From the NCBI GenBank assembly GCA_000934665.2, contig JYFJ02001109.1, forward strand, positions 62,001-91,207: 29,207 bases of DNA, given 5' to 3'. The stretch is from Catajapyx aquilonaris (taxonomy: Eukaryota). Below, one piece after another: positions 1 to 11,700 of this stretch. Every line of letters starts with the position of its first letter. Position 1 is the first letter of the stretch. Below the pieces are notes generated by a model. It did no database searches. It was not told the origin of the DNA and saw nothing but the letters and a program-made list of their open reading frames with translations. A program made the position numbers and the translations under genes.

Positions 1-679
1 TCTCCGAATAACCATCTTCTGGTCATTAAATTCCTTAGAGAGCCTTAAACCGCCATTTTCCTTCCGCACTGGGATCACCCAAAATGGCCACTTTAGACTC
101 CCCATACTAAAGACGGTACTATCGCTCAGGGAATGATGATGACTCCCGACCTCAAATGTTAAGAAATTTATCCTCGCCATGTTGCCAAAGCACATTTTCG
201 TGACTCTAAACCAGCTCCCGTGTAAACAATCAACAAGAATTACGACCGGTATCGATGTGTCTAATTAGAATCGGTCAAACCGGTTTCGCATTTCATTGGC
301 TCGTTAGAGGTTCAAGGTCATTTCGAGCAGCATTCTTTGCTACTTTGTTTGCTCCTGGCCTTTATAAATGATGAAAAATATTCGCCATTACTCACATTCT
401 TGACGTGTATTATTGATCGATCAGATCGTCCGTGGAAGGGAATGGGGGGGGGGGGGGGGGGGGGGGGNGAATTATAATTAGAGATTTTCCGGATTCCAGA
501 TTCCATAAAATTACATGAAAATCCTGTTATTACAATCTGGCGTTTTAATTGGCTTTAAAAAATTTGCCTCGCCAGCGCCACACGCGCGATTACGTGAATT
601 ACAAAGAGCGATGACCTTAGCGTGACACGTCAAGGTCGTCACATCGTTGACCTCAATAAAACTGTTTTCGCATCACCAT

Positions 680-1810
680 TTCGGCTGATAGCTATTATTC
701 TTGCTGAGAAATATTATTCGGGTAGTAACCAATTTTCTAACTGATAGCTACTATTTCAGGTGATATCCATTATTCCTGTTAACAGCTATTAATCTAGCTA
801 ATAGCTATTATCCCTGGAAAATAGCCGGAATTTGCAAATCACATGACTCATTCTTCCGACTGATAGCTATTATTCCAGGTAATAACGATTAGTCAAGGTA
901 ATAACTAATATTCCGGCTAATAGCTATTTCCGGGAAAATAGCCGGAATTAGAAATTTGCAAATTTCACATGAAACACTGTTTCGACTGATAGCTATTGTT
1001 CCAACTAACAGCTATTAAGCCTGTTATTAGCTACTATTCCGGCCAATGGCTATTATGGGAAAATTGTCGGAATTTGCAAGAATAATTTCAAATGTAGCAC
1101 TATTCCGGTTGTTATAACTACTATTCCGGTCGATAGCTACTAATTCGGCTGATAACTAATACCCCACCCTGACCCCACCTATTCCGGCTGATATGTTATT
1201 CCTGTTAATAGCTCTTAATCTGGATATTAGTTATTATTCCGGGAAAATAGCCGGAATGTGACAATTTCACATGACGCACTCTTCCGACTGATAGCTATTA
1301 TTCCAGCTAATAACCTGTTTAATAGCTGTTGTTCCAGGAAAGTTGTCGGAATATGCAATTAGCAGATTTCTAATGACGCACTCTTCCGACTGCTACTATT
1401 CCACCTCATAGCTCGCATTCCTGCTGATAACTAATATTCCTACTAATGGCTATTATTCCAGCTAATAACTATTAATCCTGCTAATAGCTGTTATTCCAGG
1501 AAAATTGCCGGAATATGCAAGAAATTAGCAGATTTCCAATGACGCACTATTCCAACTGCTATTCCACTTAATAGCTGGTATTCCTGCTGATAACTACTAT
1601 TCCGACTGGTGGCTATTATTCCAGCTAATAACTATTGTTAATAGCTGTTATTCCAGGAAAATTGCCGGAATATGCAAGAAATTAGCAGCTTTCCCAATGA
1701 CGCACTATTCCACCTAACAGCTGGTATTCCTTCTGATAACTAATAATCCGACTAATAGCTATTTCCCGGGATGGTCCGGAATTTGCAAGAAATTGCCAAA
1801 TTTCACATGA
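680..1810. repeat. Degenerate satellite of about 19-20-bp TAGCTATTATTCC subunits within a roughly 110-140-bp higher-order unit
   Basis: Recurring tagctattattcc and gaaaatagccggaat(t/a)tgcaa; boundaries approximate. Confidence 0.85.
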
Positions 1811-2379
1811 CGTCACTTCCGGCCAGTTTGCTCATGCGCAACGACTCGTAACATTTGCGCAAAAATTTTAGCCTGGAACAGACAACACTGGCGAAAAAAA
1901 AAATCGCCAAAAAAATTTAACCCCTGCAAAAATATTTCAACAAATATTTTTCGTGCCAAATCTACCCGAGTTTTTGGGTTACGTCTGGACAAACATGGTC
2001 AAAAAAAGAGAAACCGGTTGTCCAACTTTCTCTCCCGGTGTTGGATAAAAAATGGCCGTCCCTGACCTGCCTCTTTTTGCATGTGTGTGAAGAGTTTAGC
2101 ATAATTCTCACGGGGCATTGCACATCAAATGGTCCACTTCGCCAATTTTTTTTGGAGGGGTTGTCTGAAGCAGCCATTTTGGGGCGAATTTTTCGACCAT
2201 ATATCAAAGAGGGTTGAATCAATTCCTTCTTGGTGAGAGAGGCTCCCCCCTTCGGGATCCATTAGACCAATTTATATGGTTCTCTAACTCGGGCTGATTC
2301 ACCCCCTTTTTTCGGATATCCCGATCTTAGGGTATGACACTCGGGGTTATGGGTTGTATACGAATCGATACTACTGGAA

Positions 2380-3330
2380 CGGGCGAAAAATTTGGTCAGA
2401 AAATTACGAGTGGACCAAAAATGGCGGTGGATCCTAAATTAATTGCATTGAATGTACAGACATTGAGCTATCATTATACCAAATTTCAGCTTTGTGAGTT
2501 ACAATAATTGTGGCGAAAATTGGGTCCAAAAATTTTGATTGCCCAAAAATGGCGGTAGGCTCGAAATTAAGCGGGTTTTACATTTTATATCGAAAGCACA
2601 GACCTTGACCTATCACCAAGCCAACTTTCAGCTTTGTACATAGTCTGTGAGTTAGGTTACAATAATAAATAATAAAAATGAGTAACGGGCAAAAATTTGG
2701 TCCATAAACTTTTGATTGCCCAAAAATGGCGGTGGGGTCGAAATTAAGCTGGTATATAATTTCATATGAAAAGTATAGACCCTCACCTATCAGTGTGTTA
2801 ATTTTCAGCTTCCTACGTAGTCTGTGAGTTACAATACTGAGAATTTCGTCCGAAATCTTCAGTGGACCAAAAATGGCGGCGGATCCCAAATTAATTTAAC
2901 ACATTGAAAATACAGACCTTGCTCTATTAGTATGCAAATTTTCAGCTTTGTACGTAGTCTGTGGACGACAATAATAAATAATAAGTATAAGAAACGGGCG
3001 AATATTTGGTCCAAAAAATTTTGATTGCCCAAAAATGGCGGTGTGGCCGATATTAATCGGGTTTAACATTTTATATTGAAAGTACAGACCTTGATCTACA
3101 GTTGTGCCTATTTTCACCTCCATACGTAGTCTATGAGTTACAATAAAAAAAATTAAGAATGAAATAAGTGGCAAGAAACGGACGAAAATTTGGTCCAAAA
3201 ACTTGTGATTGCCCAAAAATGGCGGTGTGGCCGATATTAATCGGGTTTAACATTTTATATTGAAAGTACAGACCTTGATCTACAGTTGTGCCTATTTTCA
3301 GCTCTATAGGTAGTCTATGAGTTACAAAAT
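2380..3330. repeat. Tandem repeat of about 130-185 bp with a CCAAAAATGGCGG core (6 units)
   Basis: Core near 2416, 2543, 2720, 2867, 3029 and 3213; the last two units are nearly identical. Confidence 0.9.
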
Positions 3331-3548
3331 TATACCCCATTGGGAGAATCGGCGCTCCATTAGGGGGGGGGGGGGTGGAATACCACCATTTTTACCACTC
3401 AATTTTTCTGAAATTTTTCTTCACACGTGGAAGCACGGCCTATTGCACGGAAGCGACCCCGGAATTATCCTGGGAGGGAACCACGCAAAACCACATAAAA
3501 CCAGTCAGGATCGCCAACCCCAGGAATCGAACCCAGGACCTCCTGGTA
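3331..3548 (-). mobile_element. tRNA-derived SINE, copy 1 (5' end truncated or diverged)
   Basis: Minus-strand B-box GGTCCTGGGTTCGATTCC; shares the body CCAGGATAATTCCGGG...AATAGGCC and the tail CTAATGGAGCGCCGATTCTCCCAATGGG with copies 2 and 3. Confidence 0.8.
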
Positions 3549-4089
3549 TAAATAGTACGTACAGTTCACTCTAGTTCTATGCAGTCGAAATATTGATCTA
3601 GCAGCTACGTTTCGGCCACAAAAACCTTCCGAGCTCCATAACAAAGGAAGCCTTTGTTTCACTTATCGCTAATGTGGTCACCAACCATTACAATTTCAGA
3701 AAAAAAAATCCCAAAATTATGACATATCTACGACATATTTTATGCCCTTTGTTTCCATTCCATCGGCCTGGTTTGTCATTCCAACAATCACATTCCATAT
3801 CCTGGTACCGTTTAAAGGTCATCAGACCATGAAGGAGTGACCATGTGTGAAGTTCGCGGTAGTGCCCAGCACCAGATATGGTGTCAATGTCAAGTAATAA
3901 TTTTTGTGCAAATTGACCAGCCACTTTCTACATAACTGCGGTTACGATTTCACTACAGGTCATGCGTGGGGGTCATCAAGCATGCTTGGGTATGAGTCAA
4001 ATAGGAGGTGCCTTTGGTCAGCAGCTACAGCTACTGACTCAACCCTTCTTAAGACCACCTGCTGACCTTCACAAAAACACGATCCTAAA

Positions 4090-5100
4090 TATATCCCTTG
4101 ACCCTTCCCTAAAACCCTGGGATCAGGTGGGTCCTCACAAAAAAAGTGGTCACCCGACAACCCTCAACCACCTGCTGGCCTTCAGTCTGACCCATCAGTT
4201 TGACCCTTCCCAAAAAATCTCAGCTAAGATGGTACAGGTCAGGTACTAAAATTGGGAAGTACCACACACTGGACAAGTTGGGTACATCCCAATGGTCACC
4301 TGCAGAACCTACTGGCATGACACGGCCGACCCTTGACCCTTCCTGAAAATTTCAACTCCCTGACCTAGTAGCTGATAGTGCTACAATTGGGGGTGCCACA
4401 CTATTGGAAAACACTGTCACCTGCATAAACATACCCGACCTTTGACCCTTCCTGAAAATTGCAGCTGACTTAGTACAGGTGTAGTACCCCACAGTACTAA
4501 AATTCGGTGACGACACAAAGGCAGCAGTCAAATGCGGTGACCTGCAGCATATTATGACCCTTTCTGAAAATTCAACTCTCTGACCTACGACACAGGTAGT
4601 ACCTAAGTGCTAAAATTGGGGGTACCACACTGTTGGTAAACATTGGGTGTAAGGGTCACATGCAGCACCTGCAGTCACGTTGGACTTAAACCCATCTGAC
4701 CCTTGACCCTTCCTGAAAATTCCAGCTCCCTGACTTATTAGTAGAGGTCATAGTACCTCACAGTACTAAAATTCGGCGTACCGTACCTCGCGGGTACCAC
4801 ACTGTTGGTAAACATTGGGTGTAACAGTCAATACCTGCAGACCCGTGGGACTTAAACCCATCTGACCCTTGACCCTTCCTGAAAATTCCAGCTCCCTGAC
4901 TTAGTACAGGTCATATAGTACCTAACAATGGTAAAATTCGGCGCAAGACACAAAGGGAATGTAAGATACATGCCAGTCAAATGGTCACTTACAACACATT
5001 CTAACATACCAGTCATGCACGCATTTGACCTCTAATTCTTTCCCTAAATTTCAACTTCCTGACTTAGTACAGGTCATGTAGTACCTCACAAAGTCAAAAA
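4090..5100. repeat. Degenerate tandem repeat with a TTGACCCTTCCTGAAAATT core
   Basis: Recurring tgacccttcctgaaaatt, gtaccacactgttgg, ctaaaatt(c/g)gg. Confidence 0.85.
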
Positions 5101-5665
5101 TTGCCATACCTTCCTCGTCCTTTCCAAGTTCTGTTCCAACAAATCCACCGAAGCAACCCGGACCGAGGCTGCCGGCCAACTGAAATACTGAATACGGCTT
5201 CGTTCGAAAAGGAGGGCTGAGACCCCTGCAGGAGTGGAGGAGGGTGAGGCTGTGGGGGTTTGTTATGAGGCAACCCAGCGTTAGAAATAAGTCAAACTCC
5301 ACATACTCACATGCACATACTTACAACACCCTAGTTCCAACACTGGTTGCCAAATCTGGAAGAACACCACTTGACTACGGGATGGTGGGCCTCGACCCTC
5401 GAGGGGATGAGATGCCCAACAAGAAAACAAGTGGAAAACCGGCCCACTTTTAGCTACCACCTTTTGCTGCTACTGGGCATTTCTGACCCTATTGACACTG
5501 GTCGACCTCTAAATGTCATTCACCTCCCCCATTGATTGGATTGTTCATTACGTAAATTAGAGTGCTAGTAGTGCCCGCTAGATGACACCTATGCACAGAA
5601 TAGATGCGCCTTGACCTGTATATGGTGTTTACTGACCTTGAACTAAATAGTTTCATGTGACCAGA

Positions 5666-5671
5666 TTTATT
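5666..5671 (-). terminator. Candidate polyadenylation signal (AATAAA) of the PDZ gene
   Basis: tttatt on the + strand about 70 nt past the stop codon. Confidence 0.5.
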
Positions 5672-5743
5672 TCGGATATAAATACAGGGTTATTTTGGTT
5701 ATTGCACGTATAGCTGCATACCCGTGACCTGACCCATGGGGGG

Positions 5744-5798
5744 TCACTCTTCGGCGCTGCCTTCAACCAGGTCACCGCACGATTGAGATTTGGATTCC
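5744..5798 (-). CDS. PDZ gene terminal coding exon ([18 protein letters not shown])
   Basis: Acceptor tattattttcag|G; phase 2 fits exon 6; TGA at 5746-5744. Confidence 0.8.
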
Positions 5799-8700
5799 CT
5801 GAAAATAATATTAAAAATTCAGGATCAGTGCGAGGATCAATTATCAAGATCAATCAAGATGAGTCTCTGATAAATATGAGGATTAAGATGATCTTAATTA
5901 AGATCAAAATGGGGATCAATATGATCCTAATTAAGATCAAAATGGGGATCAATATGATCCTAATTAAGATCAAAATGGGGATCAATATGATCCTAAGATC
6001 ACTATTAAGATCAAGATGATCTTAGGATCAATATGAGGATCAATAGGATCATAGGATCAATATGAGGATCAATAGGATCATAGGATCAAAATGGAATCAA
6101 TATGCTATAAGATCAAGATGATCTTACGATCAATATGAGGATCAAAATGGGAATCAAGATGATCCTAGGATCAATATTAAGATCAAGATGATCTTAGGAT
6201 CAATATGAGGATCAATAATTATGATCATAGGATCAAAATGGGAATCAAGATGATCCTAGGATCAATATTAAGATCAAAATGATCTTAAGATCAATATGAG
6301 GATCAATATGATCATATGATCAAAATGGGAATCAATATATGCTCCTACGATCAATATTAATATCAAGATGATCCTAGGATCAATATGAGGATCAAGATGA
6401 TCCTAGGATCAAAATGGGAATGAAGATAATCCCAGGATCAATATGAGGATCAGAATATGGCAACAATATGGTTCATGCTGACTATTTTGTGGCTCCGGAT
6501 CAACCTAATGATCCTAGGATCATTTTTTAAAAATTCCGAGTGTACTTACTTCTCTTTGGTTCTATTGGCTCGTCGATTGACTTGCATGATGATTGGCCCA
6601 TTTTTGACCCTCTTGAATAGAGCCACCGCCTCCGAGTGAGATGACCCTTGAAGACCCTCCCCGTTAACAGAGCGTATCTCGTCCCCTGTAAAAGACAACA
6701 ATGGAAAATAAGGGATCATCTTCAAACGGGTCACGTGATCAACAAAAAACTTGTTCGCTACCCAAGATTAATCTCAGTGATTCATTATCATCATTAAAAT
6801 GTCATAGGTACACTCTTAAAATACTTAAGCTTGTTTGAGTACTTTGAATGATTAAGTTTTGAGTCAAATTTGATCCAATAATGATCATCAGATCGACTAT
6901 ACAGTACAAGTTGAGTTCATTGAGTGCTATTTGATGAGATCAAGTTTCAGATTTTTTGAGTTAAATTTTGATCAACTTTAGCGATTTTTAACTCAATTTG
7001 TGCTTTTTTGAAACTCAAACCTGGTGATTTGTATCTAGAATTGATTTATTTTAAACTCAGTGTGAATTATTTATCCTTCAAATTGAGTAGTTATTTGTTA
7101 TACTTAAATTGAGTAGTTATTTATGATCCTCGAATCGAGTAGTTATTTATGATCCTCAAATCGAGCAGTTATTTTTGATCCTCAAATCGAGCAGTTATTT
7201 TTGATCCTCAAATCGAATGATTTTTGGCTCAATTAGAATCATGTTTAACCACGAATTAAATTATTTTAACTCAATGATGTGAAATATTTTAAAGAGCAAA
7301 TTGAATTTTAACTTCAATAAAATTATTTTGCCTCAATTTGACACTTTAACCCCAAATTCAGTGGCCCTGGTCTCAAATTAAAACCCGTTAAACTCAACTT
7401 GAGTTATTCTTCAAACTGCATGAGTTTTAAACCTCAAATTGTCTTTTTTATATCGAATTAAATTATTTTACACTCATTGTGAATTATTGTGAAGCCTAAA
7501 TTTATTTATTTCTTACTGAAATAAAATTATTTCCATCAACTATTGTACTATTTTCAACTCAACATGGTTATTTAAAAGATCAAATTGAATTATTTTAACT
7601 CAATTTGACATTCTAACACTCAATGAATGATATTTACCTAAAATTGAATGATTTCTACTATAAAGTGAATTATTTTTAACTCAATTTTACATTTTGACCT
7701 CAAAATGAGCGATAGTTAACTCAAATTAAATAATCTTCTTCCTCAGAGTAACTTGAATAATAATAAATGCAACTCATATTGTACAATCTTTCAACTCGAT
7801 ATGAATTATTTTAAAACTCAATTTGATTTTTAACTTGATTTTACATTTTGACCTCAAAATGAGTTATATTTAGCCTACCTCAAATCGAGTTTATTTTTAA
7901 CTCAAATTTACATTTTGACCTCAAAATGAGTGATATGCTTCTAACTCAAAGTGTCATATTTAACTCAAATTGAGTTAAATTTCGCTCAAATTGAGTCACA
8001 CCGATTTCATTTTAACTCAACACATTTTCGAGTGCCCCCACCCCCTCCACACACACACCGAAACTTGTCACCAGGAAGCAGCCCATACTCCTGTCAAACC
8101 CAATGCATCATACCGGTAGCCCAGAGGGTGTCATCGAGTGAAAGTGGGCAATAAAACTGGTTGAAAAATGAGCCCAAGTGGAGCAAGTTTCTTCCTGCGG
8201 GCCTCCCCCTTGATGGAGCAAAGATGGCGAAATGTTTTCCATTTAAAAGGAGAGGGCCCCCACGTGGCCTACAGAATACAAAACGAGGCCCCCACCGCCA
8301 GAGGGCAAGGCCTACTTCAGCTGATGAGTTATTGTTTAGCCAAGAGATGGAGCCCAGGGCACAAAATGGGTAGTAAACATGTGCTATAAATCGCTAATAT
8401 GGGCCAAAATTTGCTATAATATCGCCTTGTGATAGTTACACCAGTTCATAAGTTATAACAGTTATAAGGTAGTTATAACTTATAACATGGTCTAACTTAT
8501 AACTATTATACCAGTTATAAGTTATGACTACCAAGAGCTGTGGCTACCTTATAACTATTATACCAGTTATAAGTTATGACTACCAAGAGCTGTGGCTACC
8601 TTATAACTATTATACCAGTTATAAGTTATGACTACCTTATAACTGTTATACCAATTAATAAGTTATATAACTACCTTATAACTGTTATAACTTATGAACT

Positions 8701-11700
8701 GATTAGCTATAGTCGTCTAACTGTTATAACTTATGAACTGATTAGCTATAGTCGTCCAACTGTTATAACTTATTAACCTTATAACTTGTATACAGTTATA
8801 CTTTTAAACAGTTATAAGGTGGTTATACTGTAGGGTATAAGTTATACGGTTAACAAGTTATAACAGTTATAGTTAAACCAATTAATACGTTATAACAGTT
8901 TGCATTGCAACAATTAATTATACATTATTACAGTCACTTGAGTGACAATAGTTAATAAGTTATGACAGTAGTTATATACAGTAGTTATAACTCATTAACT
9001 AGTATAACAGTTATAAGGTAACAATTATATAACTGATATAACAGTATGTTATAAGGTAGGCTATAGTTATAACTTAATAACTGCTAGTATAAGGTATAGT
9101 GTATTAGTGTTATAACTAAGTAACTGCTGGTATAAGGTATAGTTATAACTTAGTAACTGGTATAAATTATATGGTAGCTACAGTGTACCAGTTAATAAGT
9201 TATGACAGCTATAAGGTAGTTATAACAGTTAATGGACCTGCCATGTTAAATCACTACAGATTGACCTGTCCTCGGATGACCTCTGACCCTCACCTTCTCT
9301 TAATCGTCCGTCCTCAGCTGCCTGCCCATTGGCCAGAATGGACTTGACGAAGATGCCCATCATCCCCTTGGGCGAGTCGCTGCCCCCAACAATGGTGAAC
9401 CCAAGACCCTTCTTGCCTTGGCCCTTCTCGAAGACGATGGTGTGGGTGCTGACCGCCGACCTGGGTCGCCTGGGCAGGGTGCAGAAGGAGGATGGGGGCA
9501 CCCCGAAGTCAGTTGGCTGGCTCCTCTCCATGCAACTGAGGACCATCTTGCGCTGACCCGGGGTCATGGTCAGACTGTGACTGTCCCGCCTCTCGGTCCT
9601 GACACTGGTCCTGGGTCGGGGTTTGGGTAGGACCATGACGTTCTCGTAGTCCACGTGGGACTCCACCAAACTCTTGGACCGTCTGCTTGACCTGGGTGAC
9701 CCGCTACGGGACACCACGATGTCCACTTCGCCGTCCACGCATCGCAGGATGGCACGGGCTTCAGCCATTGTCAGTCCTCGAAGACGGCGACCGTTCACGT
9801 TAACTATTTCGTCACCCATCTGTAGTCTTCCGTCCCTGTAACACAAGTCATCAGTAACATGTCCAAAATAATTTATCTGGTCCAGATGCCCTCGGGACAC
9901 CCATGGAATGTGCATATTGTTGCAATATCCTGTTGACCAACAGACTACCAGGAACCCAAGGCCATACCTTTCAACCAGTCCTCCCGGTACGATGTGTGCG
10001 ATGACGTATCCATGTGTGGCATGTGAGGCCATCTTCCTCTTGGCGATGAAGATGCCCAACTCCGTGTCGCCTCTCTTGTCCAGTCGTACCAACTGAAATA
10101 CCCGTTCGTTTGGGTTCTTCGACGGAAGAGGCGGTCGTCGTGCATTGTTGCGAGGTGACTGTTGTAGACAACGTTCGCTCAACCAATGCTTACGAAGACG
10201 GTCCACTTCGCTGATTGGCTGTTGGAAAGAGTTCAGTTAGTCTTCACGTGCCTGCCTCCCACTAGGAAACATACCTGCTCATCCTGGACACTGTACGGCC
10301 TAACGTTGACCGTCCTGTGACTAGTGTCCGAGAAGCACAAACTAACGTCCGATTCGTTGAATGACGTGCTGTCACCTTCGTTGACAATACCGCTGTCGGT
10401 GTCGGTAGTGTCCAGGTGAAAGGTCAAGGGCACGTCCTTGGGTGTGGTGCAACAGGATGGGCGCGGTGGTATGTCTTCAAGTCCTTCCTGGTACAGAGGA
10501 TTTATCGTTGTTTTGTTCTCGTCCGACATACCGTAGAGGTGCGGCTGACTCCTCCGGGTTGGGCTGCGGAAGCACTTGTCTGACATCTCTTTCAGACGAA
10601 GCTTCAGCTCCTGGGGGGAAAAAAAGGTCAGAGGTCAGAGGTCGTCTGAGACAGAGGTGGCCCGACCCACAAAATTTGGATTGATTGGATATAATGCACA
10701 ACTAATGACAGGTCAAAGGTCACATGGAGGTCACCGGTCACCCAACAAGTCAAACGTCGACAATGCCGGTGGCCTTACTTCGCACAAAGCTGGGATCAAC
10801 CTCGGGGTCACATGCATGATTAATGGAAGGTCAAAGGTCACTTGGAGCCTACCGGTCAACAGGTCAAATGTCGTGACAGCCTGTGGCCTAACTTCACACC
10901 AAATTGGGATCAATCTCGGGGGTCACATGATTAATAGCAAGCAGGAAGTCATCTGGAGGTCAAAGGTCACCCAAGGAGTCAAAGGCTGTCGAAACAAAGC
11001 CTAATGCCCAACTTTGTACAAAGCTAGATCAATCCCGGGGTCATGTGCACGATTGACAGCAGGTCAAAATTATGTGGAGGTCAAAGGTCACCCAACGAGT
11101 CAAAGGCTGTCGAAACAAAGCCTAATGCCCAACTTTGTACAAAGCTAGAACAATCCCGGGGTCATGTGCACGACTGACAGCAGGTCAAAATTATGTGGAG
11201 GTCAAAGGTCACCCAGCAGGTAAAAGGCCGTACCCTGTAGTGCCCGTACTTCTTCCTTTCGGGGCTTTCGGACGACGACTCCGAGTCCTGTCGGCTGACC
11301 CGACCTTGGTCATCCGCACAGGGTGGGGTCACATGTAGTAGAAACACGTCATCCTCCTGGCTTCTGATTGGCGGAGGTGACACGGGCAATGGTGGCGGTA
11401 CCCTCTCGACCCCTGTGACCTCCCTGGTGAAGCACGTGTACAGCTTGGAGTGCCTGACCCTCTCAAGCAGCGGTGTCCTTGACCTCCTGGTGACCTCCCG
11501 TCCCGTGGGTTGTGGTGACCACCTCCTAGGGCTGATGTTATTCTTTCTCCTGGCCGTGACCGGACTTGCTGACCTCCCTCGTCTGAGCCATGGAGACATG
11601 CCTAGGGTGAACAGTAGAGTGTTAACACCTACGTGGTAAAACGGTGCTAATTTTAGGATGCTAAACAAAAGAGGGGGGTGGTCAGGGACGACAACCCGGA

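Noticed and set aside
318..506. Poly-Pro ORF
   Set aside because: Arises from a poly-G run containing an ambiguous base; low-quality homopolymer.
2578..3340. Three similar minus-strand ORFs
   Set aside because: Translations of satellite monomers with no protein features.
5783..6019. ORF with ([11 protein letters not shown])n repeats
   Set aside because: Translation of a 33-bp intronic minisatellite, antisense to the PDZ gene.
8315..8375. Hammerhead ribozyme core (CTGATGAG)
   Set aside because: No stem II followed by GAAA and no supporting helices.
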